Virus record (IMG/VR): IMGVR_UViG_3300044580_000119
Location: 5,513-69,512 of that record
DNA from: a virus
Taxonomy: Duplodnaviria; Caudoviricetes
Direction: 5' to 3' (one strand)
DNA: 64,000 nucleotides
This document shows positions 29,866-39,707 of the stretch, in pieces (within the stretch, counting starts at the first letter, position 1; each line of letters starts with the position of its first letter). A program made the translations under genes and the position numbers. The notes beneath the pieces are model-generated. The model searched no databases. It was not told the DNA's origin and saw only the letters and a program-made list of their open reading frames with translations.

Positions 29866-31017
29866 ATGAATGTTAAATTAGAACAAAAACGACGTTATTA
29901 TTCAACGTTCGATAATATGGCGGAAGCTTTTGATACCTTAGCACAATTATTCTTTCAAACTCCACACAATAATATGATTTGTCTCGAGAATGAAGCCTGG
30001 GATAAAGAAATAGATGTTGCATTCGATCCACCTACAGGAATAATGAAGATTATGATAGATGATGCTACTACAAGATATTGCGAAACTATGTGGGATGTCT
30101 ACGAGGCTTTTATGTATTTTGCACAATTTTATTCTAAAGAAAATTGTGAATCTGAAGCATTCACAGAATTAGAAAGTATCTGCGCTGATGTAGTCACATC
30201 ATTAGATTACGACCACACTCATCTTGGAGGCTACGAAGTTGCCGATTATATATATGTGCTACCACCTAAAGTGCGGGCACTAGTTAAAGATATACATTTT
30301 AGATTTTTAAAACGTAGAAAAAAGCAAACAACTTTTATTAAAGATATATTTACTAAATTTATACCATATAGAATAACACTTATTAGCGATGTATCTCTGG
30401 GCTGGACTATTACAAATAAATATCATTTATATCTCGATTATAATATTACACCTACGTATAGTCATTATGGTGTTACATTACAATCTATGATAGACACTCA
30501 ATATAATAGAACTATAAATGTATCAAGTGCAAACGAAGCATTATTCTATCTAATAAAATTTGGATTGTTCGCTTCCATAGATAATCCAATGTATGAACAA
30601 ACTACGTTGCCAGATTTTGTAAGTCAAGTTAATAAGTTCTATAATGAAATTAATGAATGGTTAGAACCTGAAATGCCCAATAGCGATATATTCGGATATG
30701 CATACGAAATAATTAAATATGCTCCTGTGTATCCATTAATGAATTTCTACACTCAATGTATTAATTATTCGGATAAGAATGGGATAAGTTGGAATTTAAA
30801 TAATCCAGATATGACAATATCGGTATATTATGAACCAAACAATATTAAAAATTGTTATGATATAGTTTTAGGTAAGCTTAAATCCGAGCCTTTTTGGACT
30901 AGAATTAAAGATGTATCTTCATTAGACGAAGTGGCATTTTATATTTTAAAAACTATGACAAAATATAATAAAAATAATAAAATTAAAAATAATAAAGGAG
31001 TTTATACAAATGAATGA
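29866..31017 (+). CDS. Hypothetical multi-module protein with internal duplication
   Basis: NVSSANEALFYLIK / DVSSLDEVAFYILK repeat. Confidence 0.65.
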   Translation: MNVKLEQKRRYYSTFDNMAEAFDTLAQLFFQTPHNNMICLENEAWDKEIDVAFDPPTGIMKIMIDDATTRYCETMWDVYEAFMYFAQFYSKENCESEAFTELESICADVVTSLDYDHTHLGGYEVADYIYVLPPKVRALVKDIHFRFLKRRKKQTTFIKDIFTKFIPYRITLISDVSLGWTITNKYHLYLDYNITPTYSHYGVTLQSMIDTQYNRTINVSSANEALFYLIKFGLFASIDNPMYEQTTLPDFVSQVNKFYNEINEWLEPEMPNSDIFGYAYEIIKYAPVYPLMNFYTQCINYSDKNGISWNLNNPDMTISVYYEPNNIKNCYDIVLGKLKSEPFWTRIKDVSSLDEVAFYILKTMTKYNKNNKIKNNKGVYTNE

Positions 31018-31390
31018 AAAATCAGATAACGTATTAATGAATGCGGAATTATTATTCCAAACTGCAAAATATTTTATTGAACTGCAACAAGATGTATCTT
31101 TACTTTTAGAAGATATAACAGAAGAAGTTGGCAACGAAATATTACTGCAAAAATTACAATCTTTATATCACAAATATACGGATACTACTCCAGATAAGTT
31201 GAGTTTAATAAGTATGGGCTTGTATGCTTATGGTATCACTTTAGTTTGTATGATGCAAGATGCCGTCGACCGAATATTTGCAGAATCACGAGCGGAGAAT
31301 TTTAATGATGAAATGGCACAATTAGAACAAGAACAACTTCCATATATAAAAGAGGCTGCAGAATGGCTCGATCGCAATCGTCAAAATTAA
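31010..31390 (+). CDS. Hypothetical helical protein
   Basis: AAGGAG RBS. Confidence 0.6.
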   Translation: MNEKSDNVLMNAELLFQTAKYFIELQQDVSLLLEDITEEVGNEILLQKLQSLYHKYTDTTPDKLSLISMGLYAYGITLVCMMQDAVDRIFAESRAENFNDEMAQLEQEQLPYIKEAAEWLDRNRQN

Positions 31391-32283
31391 TACAACAATT
31401 AAAACAAACAATCAAAGCAATTCAAAATGTCGATCAACAATTGCAATTTATCGATAATGAATTGAAAAAGAATGAATCTGATCTGGGCAATAGAATGATT
31501 GACTTACAGAAATATATCAATATATCAGAGTCTGAATATCCAGATCTTACCGATAATGATTTGAGTATTATTATCCAGAGCTTAGCTGCAAAGTATCCAC
31601 CAAAAAGAAAAGCGAAGAATGAATTGACGCCCCGCAATATGTTCTATCTTAAAAAATTAAAAAGTTTTGATGCTGAGGGAATAGATAAACTAATGGCACA
31701 AATGGAAAATATGACTATATATACTAAATATTTAACTGTTAGTCAATTAACAAAATATTTGGTGGAACACGGGTATATTACAGATGCTGAACGTTCTGTA
31801 ATTAATAAAAAATATGCTCGTGGTCAATTCCGAAATGTATTTGGGAAACCCCAGTGGAATTATGCCTGTAATATAACACAACGATTGAATACTGATGAAT
31901 TTATTCGCTATCGTGATATGCTGTTCTATACTTTATATTACGTGGCTAAAACATCAGCTAGCGTTATCAATAATGTGAAAGTCTCTGATTTAAAACTCGA
32001 AGGGAATATTTTTGTATTCAATATGGTGCATAGAAAAATAAACGCAGGATTGAATGTTGGGGGCACTAACCGTTCTTTACGTCAAATTTATAATCTCTAT
32101 ATGCAGGCACGACGGTATTATAACATCCAATCTGAATGGCTCTTTGTCAATAAACAAGGGGCGAGAGAAACCAATAATCATTGGATTGTTAAAATATTTC
32201 GAGCGCAAACTAAATTTAATCAATTGAACAATATTACAGTTGATGAAAAAATAAAAAAGATTGCTGAGCAGTTTAAATTCTAA
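31363..32283 (+). CDS. Protein with degenerate tyrosine-recombinase-like C-terminal domain
   Basis: RDMLFYTLYY...SVINNVKVSDL and WLFVNKQG resemble Box I and downstream patches; catalytic Arg, HxxR and Tyr not evident. Confidence 0.5.
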   Translation: MARSQSSKLIQQLKQTIKAIQNVDQQLQFIDNELKKNESDLGNRMIDLQKYINISESEYPDLTDNDLSIIIQSLAAKYPPKRKAKNELTPRNMFYLKKLKSFDAEGIDKLMAQMENMTIYTKYLTVSQLTKYLVEHGYITDAERSVINKKYARGQFRNVFGKPQWNYACNITQRLNTDEFIRYRDMLFYTLYYVAKTSASVINNVKVSDLKLEGNIFVFNMVHRKINAGLNVGGTNRSLRQIYNLYMQARRYYNIQSEWLFVNKQGARETNNHWIVKIFRAQTKFNQLNNITVDEKIKKIAEQFKF

Positions 32284-32349
32284 AGTATTATTATTTGTTA
32301 TTTTAAAATGTTTTGTAATTTTACATTATTTGTATGAGAGGAATAATAT

Positions 32350-32634
32350 ATGTTAAAATATCCATTAGAAATATATGAATATGTGGAACAAAAATATGAT
32401 TTATTGCCTTATCAAGTAGACGTAATAATGGGTTTATATAGTAGAAGTAGTCCCCGCCTACCAATGAGTGCTATACAAGTAGTGTCTGATGTATTAAGAC
32501 TATTGACTGAATATGAAGAACAAATCGAGGCAGTCGCAGGCAAAGAATATATAGTAAGAAAATATAATCGTAGAATAAAAAATGAATATAATAGAAAGAA
32601 AATTAAACGTCGGTTAAAATATAATTTAAGGTGA
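32350..32634 (+). CDS. Hypothetical protein
   Basis: GAGGA RBS. Confidence 0.55.
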   Translation: MLKYPLEIYEYVEQKYDLLPYQVDVIMGLYSRSSPRLPMSAIQVVSDVLRLLTEYEEQIEAVAGKEYIVRKYNRRIKNEYNRKKIKRRLKYNLR

Positions 32635-32825
32635 ATATTATGGCAACTAAAAAAACAACTAAGAAACCACCATTGGGCACAGGTGAAAGATTTAAAAAAT
32701 TGTCTAATCAATTAGAACAGAAGGGTGTCGAAAACCCCGATGCTCTTGCGGCTTGGATCGGACGTAAAAAATTGGGGGCTAAAAAATTTCAAAAACTAGC
32801 TGCAAAGGGGCGAAAGAGAAAATGA
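32631..32825 (+). CDS. Small basic phage protein
   Basis: LGTGERFKKL...PDALAAWIGRKK.G.KKFQ pattern, which I recall from other phage genomes. Confidence 0.7.
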   Translation: MNIMATKKTTKKPPLGTGERFKKLSNQLEQKGVENPDALAAWIGRKKLGAKKFQKLAAKGRKRK

Positions 32826-32953
32826 GAAAAAAACGAGGGACACCGAAGTCGTTGGTTACAAAGATATTAGCATTGAATAATTATAAATCGCAAACAGATG
32901 CTAATATACCAACGCCTAAAATAAAAAAGAAAAAGGTTCTTAAAATTAAGTAA
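32822..32953 (+). CDS. Small Lys-rich peptide (43 aa)
   Basis: ATGA overlap with the previous gene; hand translation MRKKRGTPKS...KKKKVLKIK. Confidence 0.45.
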   Translation: MRKKRGTPKSLVTKILALNNYKSQTDANIPTPKIKKKKVLKIK

Positions 32954-33000
32954 AGTTTGCGAATTATATATTTATTTGATTTAATAAAAAGGAGTTTTAT

Positions 33001-33717
33001 ATGGAAGAGAATATTTATGAGAAACTACGTCTCATTAAAAATGATTTGGGTGTTATTATTAAAGATGCTACAAACCCATTTGTCAAGGCAACGTATGCTT
33101 CTACTACGCAGGTATTAAAAAGCATCAATCCTATATTTTATCAGCACGGTGTTGCCTTTACTATGGATATGCAACTATTGTCTGAGCAATACGCTGAATA
33201 TATTACAGAAGTAAAGAAAGATAGCAAAGCAAAGAACGAAGAGCCTGAGGTTATACATAAGCAATCAGTCCGTGTGCCTGTATATTCAATACACGCTACA
33301 CTCGTTAATATAACAAACCCCGCAGATAAAATCGAATGGACTTTTGTTATACCGTCGGATATATCACAACCTAATCCTATTCAAAGTTTTGGTTCAACAG
33401 CTACGTATGCACAACGCTATGTAATGGGTGTTATCTTTGGTATTCCTACCGCTGATAATGAAGACCCAGATCAAAATATGGAAAACTTACCATCAGCATT
33501 ACAGACACCACAATATTCAAATAAAGTAATATCTGAACCACAAGCTCGCAGAATGCGTGCAATTGCTTTCTCATCTGGACGCAATGACGAAGATATATAT
33601 AAGGTATTATCATCATTCAAATATCACAAAATAACAGACGTGTTAGTTTCGGATTATGAAAAGATATGCGGGTTATTATCTCAACCAAAACCAGTATCAC
33701 AACAGGAGAAAAAATAA
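33001..33717 (+). CDS. erf: ERF-family single-strand annealing protein
   Basis: KDATNPF...YA, QSFGSTATYAQRY...GI...EDPD. Confidence 0.85.
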   Translation: MEENIYEKLRLIKNDLGVIIKDATNPFVKATYASTTQVLKSINPIFYQHGVAFTMDMQLLSEQYAEYITEVKKDSKAKNEEPEVIHKQSVRVPVYSIHATLVNITNPADKIEWTFVIPSDISQPNPIQSFGSTATYAQRYVMGVIFGIPTADNEDPDQNMENLPSALQTPQYSNKVISEPQARRMRAIAFSSGRNDEDIYKVLSSFKYHKITDVLVSDYEKICGLLSQPKPVSQQEKK

Positions 33718-34577
33718 TGGACAACGTATTTGATGAAGCTGATAATTTAATATCATTGCTAACTGATAATATGGATATGCCTGGAACTAATGGAGTGCAA
33801 TCCGCCGATATTTTAAGTGCTGTAGATTATTACGATAGACCTGAAATAAGTGCCAGCGATTTGAAATTATTATATTTATCAGTTAAGCATTGGATAATGT
33901 TGCGTAAAGCAGCGCCCACTCCAGCAATGGATTTTGGGCGTGCTTTCCATACCCTGATGTTAGAGCCGCATTTATTTGATGATTTTGTTAAATTAAAGTC
34001 TTCACCTCGTGCTAAAATACAGGATAAAGAAAAAGGCGTAGCGTATATAACAGCAGATGAAATGGGTATATTAGAACAAATGCGGAGTTCATTGAACGAA
34101 TCCCGCACTGCAACCTCATTGTTATATAACGAGCATACACAGTACGAAAAAGAGATATATTTTGATTATGTAGATATTCAATGCCGAGCCAAAATAGACG
34201 CCGTCGATGTTGTTAATCATAATATTATAGATTTAAAAACTATATCAACTGCGGAAAATCCATATATATTAAAAGCACAAATAAATAAATATGCGTATGA
34301 TTTACAAATGGCTTTTTATATATTAGGAGCTTCAAAGGTATATAATATACCCCCTGATTTATGGAGTTGTTATATTATATTTATAGAAAAGACTCCACCA
34401 TTTGGTATTCGCACCACTAAATTAAGTGCTAATTATTTAAATAGTGGAATGATAAAGATTGGTATAGCAATGGATCGCTATCGTGAATATTTGCATAGTT
34501 CTAAAATTACAGCATACGAAGATACAATCATAGAATTGGACAATAATTTAGATTATATAATAGATGCGGATGTATAA
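33717..34577 (+). CDS. RecE/ExoVIII-like PD-(D/E)XK exonuclease (DUF3799-like)
   Basis: ISASDLK, FGRAFH..LEP, CRAKID, IDLKT, YDLQMAFY; TAATG coupling to erf. Confidence 0.85.
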   Translation: MDNVFDEADNLISLLTDNMDMPGTNGVQSADILSAVDYYDRPEISASDLKLLYLSVKHWIMLRKAAPTPAMDFGRAFHTLMLEPHLFDDFVKLKSSPRAKIQDKEKGVAYITADEMGILEQMRSSLNESRTATSLLYNEHTQYEKEIYFDYVDIQCRAKIDAVDVVNHNIIDLKTISTAENPYILKAQINKYAYDLQMAFYILGASKVYNIPPDLWSCYIIFIEKTPPFGIRTTKLSANYLNSGMIKIGIAMDRYREYLHSSKITAYEDTIIELDNNLDYIIDADV

Positions 34578-34581
34578 ATAG

Positions 34582-34654
34582 TTGCGGGGGTAGGACTTGA
34601 ACCTACAACCTTTGGGTTATGAACCCAACAAGCTACCAATTGCTCCACCCCACA
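34582..34654 (-). tRNA. Initiator-type tRNA-fMet (CAT)
   Basis: Cloverleaf TGTGGGG...GAGC/GCTT D stem, TTGGG-TTCATAA-CCCAA anticodon arm with three G:C pairs, GTTCAA T loop; no encoded CCA. Confidence 0.9.
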
Positions 34655-34658
34655 ATTA

Positions 34659-34666
34659 CAAAATTA
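34659..34666 (-). promoter_or_regulatory. TAATTTTG -7 element for the tRNA
   Basis: Ends 4 nt upstream of tRNA position 1; no clear -33 element. Confidence 0.55.
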
Positions 34667-34693
34667 AGAAAAAATAATTAAACGAATAAAAAA

Positions 34694-35050
34694 ATGGATG
34701 TAAAATTTATTAAAGAATCTGCATATATAGGTGAAGCGTTAGAAGGCGATGATGCCCAAATGCTTTATGATAATATATGTTTATATGAAGAGAAAGCAAA
34801 AGCGGCTGGATTAACAGTCGAACAATATCTAATGGTAGAAATTATTAATAGTATATATGATATTAGGTCGCAAATACATTTATCATCTGAACATAAAGTT
34901 AATAAATTTCATACGCAGGTTTCTAGATTGCACGTGCTTTTAACATTGTTAGAATTACAATTTCAATATTTATATACATCACAGGGGATTACTCAACGGG
35001 GTATTACAGATTTGATACAATCATTAGAAAAGAAAATTAATCTTACGTAA
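34694..35050 (+). CDS. Hypothetical protein
   Basis: ORF in operon orientation. Confidence 0.55.
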   Translation: MDVKFIKESAYIGEALEGDDAQMLYDNICLYEEKAKAAGLTVEQYLMVEIINSIYDIRSQIHLSSEHKVNKFHTQVSRLHVLLTLLELQFQYLYTSQGITQRGITDLIQSLEKKINLT

Positions 35051-35054
35051 GTAA

Positions 35055-36050
35055 GTGTATAACAAAAAAAAGAAGGTTTTGTTTGAAAAAAGTCAGATTA
35101 TGGATATAATAACTTTATATCAAGCAAATTTATCATTTATTCCTGTTGCAAAAGATAAGCGTCCCATCTCTTATTTACTACCAAATTACAGTTGGCGTGA
35201 ATATATATATAGACGTCCTACATTAGATGAAGTTGCTCTATGGAACAATATCCCTAATATATATATAGGCTTAATATGTGGTTCAATATCAGGGAATGTG
35301 GAAGTTATTGATATTGATAATCACGGTGGCAATGCGAGCGAGATATATAAAGAATTGATAAAGCAATTGCAGGATAGAGATATTAATATATACAATAAGT
35401 TAATAATAGAAATGACACAATCAGGTGGATACCATCTTATATATAAGCATAACACTGGAATAGTTGGGTCTAAGAAATTAGCTCGTCAGCTCATAAATGA
35501 TAAAACAGATACTATGATTGAAACTAGAGGCGAAAAAGCGTATGCTATCGTACACCCATCGCCAAATTATAAAGCTTTAAAAGATGATGTATCCAACATA
35601 CAGACATTGGAAGATAATGAAAGGTTGTTATTAATCCGTTTGTGTGAGGGGTTTAATAAGGTAGAAAAACGGCGCCCTTTTTCATCAACATTAGCACGTC
35701 AAATAAGCAAGCAATCATCTGCTGATGTAGATACACGTTCATTAAAAGAAATTATTGATTTCGTAAATCAATATATGGATTATGCGTCGGTATTAAAGCG
35801 TGCAGGATGGCATCTAGATAGGGTAGATTTGAATGGGCAAGAATATTGGACACGACCAGGAAAGAGTTATGGTATATCGGCGTCGTATGGTTATTTGCCC
35901 AATAAGTTCTTTGTGTTTAGTTCTAATGCTGATCCTTTCGAACCTAATGTATATTATTCGCATTTTGATATTTATGCTTTACTGCAATACAATGGAGATT
36001 ACGAAAAGGCTTGCAAGAATATAAGAAACGATTTATTAAAAATAACTTAA
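35055..36050 (+). CDS. Bifunctional primase-polymerase (AEP prim-pol)
   Basis: IPV..DKRP, IGLICG..SGN.EVIDID, TQSGGYH, IETRGE, WTRPGK. Confidence 0.85.
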   Translation: MYNKKKKVLFEKSQIMDIITLYQANLSFIPVAKDKRPISYLLPNYSWREYIYRRPTLDEVALWNNIPNIYIGLICGSISGNVEVIDIDNHGGNASEIYKELIKQLQDRDINIYNKLIIEMTQSGGYHLIYKHNTGIVGSKKLARQLINDKTDTMIETRGEKAYAIVHPSPNYKALKDDVSNIQTLEDNERLLLIRLCEGFNKVEKRRPFSSTLARQISKQSSADVDTRSLKEIIDFVNQYMDYASVLKRAGWHLDRVDLNGQEYWTRPGKSYGISASYGYLPNKFFVFSSNADPFEPNVYYSHFDIYALLQYNGDYEKACKNIRNDLLKIT

Positions 36051-36056
36051 TTTATT

Positions 36057-37010
36057 ATGATAGAAAGAAATATTATTTATAACGAAGATTGTCAGGTTGT
36101 TATATCTAAGATACCTGATAACAATATTGATTGTGTTATAACCTCGCCACCATATTGGCACTTACGTCAATATGATATAGGAAAAGATGGAAACAATATA
36201 ACGCAATTAGGTCAAGAATCAATGCCAGAAGAATATATAAATAATTTAATGTATATATTCAATTCAATTCGACGCATTTTGAAACCCGAAGGTTCAATGT
36301 TTGTTAATATCGGGGAAACTTATTATAAAATGACCACACGAAAAAGATCTATGGTAGGTATCCCTGACCGTTTAAAAATTGCATTTATTGAATCTGGATG
36401 GTATGTTCATAATGATATAATTTGGGTGAAAGATACTTATAGTTTAGACCCAGTTAAAGATAGATTTACTAATAATTATGAACGAATATTTTTTATAACC
36501 AAAGTACCGAAAGGATATTATTTTAAACAACCTCGAATACCATTTGCTGAATCTACTTTAAAGCGAGTTCAGTATGCTGCGTCAAATAAAAAGACCAACC
36601 ATAGAGGAATGGGAAATGATAATTATCAAAAAATGTTTAGTAGCATCGCGAATAAAGAAATAACTCATCGTGCAATGCGGTCTGTATGGGATCTCAAAAG
36701 AGATGCTACTACACTAAAATTCCCGTATTTGACAGAACACTCTGCTAAATTTGATATGAATGTAGTAAGATTATTGATTGATGTATCCACGCCAGAACAG
36801 TTATCTGATGGGACTAAAACACTTGTATTCGATCCATTTATGGGCGTAGGTAGTGTAGCTGTTGTGGCTAGATATATGGGTCGGGATTTTATAGGCGCAG
36901 AAATATCTAAATCATATTGGGAGACATCCCAAAGATTTTTAAATGATACAGCAGGATTGTTTGACAATTTATTTGATATTGTAGAATATAAAGATATGGA
37001 AATAATATGA
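36057..37010 (+). CDS. Beta-class N4-cytosine/N6-adenine DNA methyltransferase
   Basis: TSPPY catalytic motif, IIWVK, DPFMGVGS SAM-binding motif, IGAEI. Confidence 0.9.
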   Translation: MIERNIIYNEDCQVVISKIPDNNIDCVITSPPYWHLRQYDIGKDGNNITQLGQESMPEEYINNLMYIFNSIRRILKPEGSMFVNIGETYYKMTTRKRSMVGIPDRLKIAFIESGWYVHNDIIWVKDTYSLDPVKDRFTNNYERIFFITKVPKGYYFKQPRIPFAESTLKRVQYAASNKKTNHRGMGNDNYQKMFSSIANKEITHRAMRSVWDLKRDATTLKFPYLTEHSAKFDMNVVRLLIDVSTPEQLSDGTKTLVFDPFMGVGSVAVVARYMGRDFIGAEISKSYWETSQRFLNDTAGLFDNLFDIVEYKDMEII

Positions 37011-37303
37011 TGGATAAAGAACTTCGCATTGAATATGCAAAACAAATTATTATCGATACTATGAAATTAGAACGTGTGGAAATTACCGATCCACTTACGT
37101 ATATATATAGTGGTATATATAAGAATATACATTTTCAAACCCACGTGCGCATATTTAACAAATTAAAATTTGTTATTGTGTATATTATACAGGACGAGGT
37201 ATTAGGCACCAAGTTCTTTTTAAAATTTACAGATTTTGTTACATATTTATTAAAAGTGGAGGATTATTATGAGGGAAAGAGCAATAGTCAAAATATTGAC
37301 TGA
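37007..37303 (+). CDS. Hypothetical protein
   Basis: Overlap-coupled ORF. Confidence 0.55.
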   Translation: MMDKELRIEYAKQIIIDTMKLERVEITDPLTYIYSGIYKNIHFQTHVRIFNKLKFVIVYIIQDEVLGTKFFLKFTDFVTYLLKVEDYYEGKSNSQNID

Positions 37304-37754
37304 CCAGCAATTAATGAGTGCAGTTCGTAGATATACACATTATGATGTTACAAGCACTAAACCAAGACGCAGTATGCACGCTAAATTAGGTATTATGCTG
37401 TATGCTGAACTGCAAAGATTAGTTAATAATCAGAATTATCATATAACAAAGAAATCATTACCACGAATGTTTGTTCCAAAACAATTTTTATATTTATTAA
37501 CCGAGCCTGAAACATTATTGTTATACCGTTTTATATTAAAAGATATACAGAAACAATTGATAATTAAATTCTTATTATATATGAAAAGATACAAAGCGTT
37601 ATTAAATGCTTCCGTTATTACCCAAATACAAAAATTAAATGACCCTGAAAATTATGATGAATATATTGATAGAGAAAAGGAATTTGGACAATCAGAGATG
37701 ACTACAATGGAAGATAAAAAAATATTACAAACTATTTTAAATATGGAGATTTAA
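37269..37754 (+). CDS. Hypothetical protein
   Basis: GGAGG RBS. Confidence 0.55.
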   Translation: MRERAIVKILTDQQLMSAVRRYTHYDVTSTKPRRSMHAKLGIMLYAELQRLVNNQNYHITKKSLPRMFVPKQFLYLLTEPETLLLYRFILKDIQKQLIIKFLLYMKRYKALLNASVITQIQKLNDPENYDEYIDREKEFGQSEMTTMEDKKILQTILNMEI

Positions 37755-37756
37755 TT

Positions 37757-38293
37757 ATGATAAATCATATTAATACAAACGGAGCAGTATTAAAGTGGGC
37801 AAGAGAGAAAGCTGGGTTGTCAAGAGATAAAGCATCTGAATTATCAGGCATTCCACGTGAAGCATTAAAATTTATGGAAACAAATGATTTGTATCCAAGT
37901 GTTGATGAAATCAAGAAACTCGCAGAAATATACAAAGTAGCGGTGGCGACATTATTACTTGACGAACCACCAAGACCCCATAAAAAAATATATATCAGTG
38001 GTGCAATAAGTGATGATTTAGACCATTATATTGATAAATTTATACAAGCGGAGTTAGAACTAAATGCAATGTTTCCTAATGCAGTAATTATTAATCCAAT
38101 AAAATTCGCAGAATATATTCCAAAAGAAAATTATAAAGAATTGCTATTTGAAGGGCTAAAATCACTAAAAGATTGCGACGCTATTTATATGCTACACGAC
38201 TTTTACAAGTCAAAAGGTGCAATGAGTGAATACTATACAGCACTCGCATTCGGTTTAGAAATTTTTTATCAAAACAGGAACGACAATGAATAA
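37757..38293 (+). CDS. XRE-HTH fused to DUF4406 (nucleoside deoxyribosyltransferase-like) domain
   Basis: LKWAREKAGLS...KLA..Y......LDEPP then KIYISGAIS, INP, CDAIYML..F.KSKGA..E. Confidence 0.8.
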   Translation: MINHINTNGAVLKWAREKAGLSRDKASELSGIPREALKFMETNDLYPSVDEIKKLAEIYKVAVATLLLDEPPRPHKKIYISGAISDDLDHYIDKFIQAELELNAMFPNAVIINPIKFAEYIPKENYKELLFEGLKSLKDCDAIYMLHDFYKSKGAMSEYYTALAFGLEIFYQNRNDNE

Positions 38294-38603
38294 AATATTT
38301 GAAAAATCAAAGGATTTTTGGAAGCAAGATCAAAAAATATGCACTGATGAATTAATTAAATGGAATTTTAATGGTGGTATGGAAGTGTCTTTGAAACCCA
38401 TCGGCGATGATAAAGTGCTTTTTGCATCCCTTGATTATCTAACTTACACAAAATCTACTATAATAATTAATAATAAAGAAATGCTTGCAACTTTATTTTT
38501 AGATAGATATTTGCAGAGTTTTGGCAGTCATATAGACAGCAAGAAATTCTCAAAAGAACATAATAAATTTGAATTTGAAGTTATAGGGTTCTTTAGTAAA
38601 TAA
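38286..38603 (+). CDS. Hypothetical protein
   Basis: Tiled ORF. Confidence 0.55.
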   Translation: MNKIFEKSKDFWKQDQKICTDELIKWNFNGGMEVSLKPIGDDKVLFASLDYLTYTKSTIIINNKEMLATLFLDRYLQSFGSHIDSKKFSKEHNKFEFEVIGFFSK

Positions 38604-38615
38604 AAGGAGTTTATA

Positions 38616-38996
38616 ATGAAAATTAATAATATTAAAGAATTGAAAAACAAAACAATTGTAGAAATCTCAGGTTTGAGAAACGGCGGTAATATTGTAGAGT
38701 TGCGTTGTGATGACGGCTCGCTTTACACTTTACAAAATGTGCATTATTCCAGAGAAGATGTTTATATTGATGATATTAAAGGAAATACAGATGATTTACT
38801 TAATTCACCAATAACGAAAGTAAAGAGAACTTCTGTGACTATGTATGTGTCACCATACGGTGGTGGCAAAGAATACAAAGTCGTTTGGTCTATATTTAAG
38901 TTTGGCACTCAAAAAGGAAAAGTAGAAATATCCTGGAGGGGAGAAGCTCATAGGAAGTCATCTGCAAAAGTTAGATTGATACAAATATTGGAATAA
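38616..38996 (+). CDS. Hypothetical phage protein
   Basis: EDVYIDDI.G...DLLNSPI, F.T.KG.V.I.WRGE pattern; AAGGAG RBS. Confidence 0.65.
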   Translation: MKINNIKELKNKTIVEISGLRNGGNIVELRCDDGSLYTLQNVHYSREDVYIDDIKGNTDDLLNSPITKVKRTSVTMYVSPYGGGKEYKVVWSIFKFGTQKGKVEISWRGEAHRKSSAKVRLIQILE

Positions 38997-39043
38997 ATTT
39001 GAATTAGAAGTTATACATTTTTTTAATAAATAAAGGAGTCATT

Positions 39044-39373
39044 ATGTATTCAAATCAATTCGATTATTTATATAATCAAGTAATGGAACACGTGAAGGTG
39101 CTATTACTGAACAAGGCAAAGGAATATGCACCAAATAAAGACCGTTTGGAAAACTTCAAGCAGGGTGCAAATCTAACGCATCTTACACCTGCGCAGACTT
39201 GCTGGGCTTATCAATCCAAACATATAGCAAGTATAAGTCAAATGGTATTTCAAAACGAACCAGTAAAATATGAATACGCTTTAGAAAAAATTGGTGATAA
39301 CATAGCATATTCAATATTACTGCTTGCTAATTTAATTGAAGAAGGTAAAGTAAAGGAACAGGAAAATGAATGA
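39044..39373 (+). CDS. Putative nucleotide-modification-associated (MazG-fold-like) protein
   Basis: K..EYA...DRL.NF...KH....EKIGD.I.Y..LL. Confidence 0.55.
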   Translation: MYSNQFDYLYNQVMEHVKVLLLNKAKEYAPNKDRLENFKQGANLTHLTPAQTCWAYQSKHIASISQMVFQNEPVKYEYALEKIGDNIAYSILLLANLIEEGKVKEQENE

Positions 39374-39695
39374 AATTTTAGATAATTTAACAGAAGTATA
39401 TGAAATTCCAAATCTAAATGAAGTTGAGAAATTCATTGCACAAACCCCTGATTTAAATAGTATCCTCGAGGATGCTCCCATTTATATTGATAAAATATTC
39501 GGGGAAGATAATAACAAGATATTAGAAATCCACAGTGATCCTGAGGCAGAATGGGACGAATTGTTTCTTATTATTCAAACTCCTTATTCACCACAGGAAA
39601 ATATAATGCTAGAAAAAAAATTATTTGATAGTTGGTTTGTGAATATATCAAATCGAATAAATAACAAATTTAATTTTATAGCAGAATCTGTATAA
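39366..39695 (+). CDS. Hypothetical acidic protein
   Basis: Tiled ORF. Confidence 0.6.
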   Translation: MNEILDNLTEVYEIPNLNEVEKFIAQTPDLNSILEDAPIYIDKIFGEDNNKILEIHSDPEAEWDELFLIIQTPYSPQENIMLEKKLFDSWFVNISNRINNKFNFIAESV

Positions 39696-39707
39696 CATTT
39701 AAAGGAT

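Noticed and set aside
34582-34654. tRNA as prophage attachment site
   Set aside because: Phage genes continue on both sides, no duplicated 3' fragment was seen, and there is no intact integrase
34679-34705. Seventh ACAATA-N15-CGTTTA copy upstream of the tRNA
   Set aside because: The CGTTTA box is present on the minus strand but there is no ACAATA at 15-nt spacing
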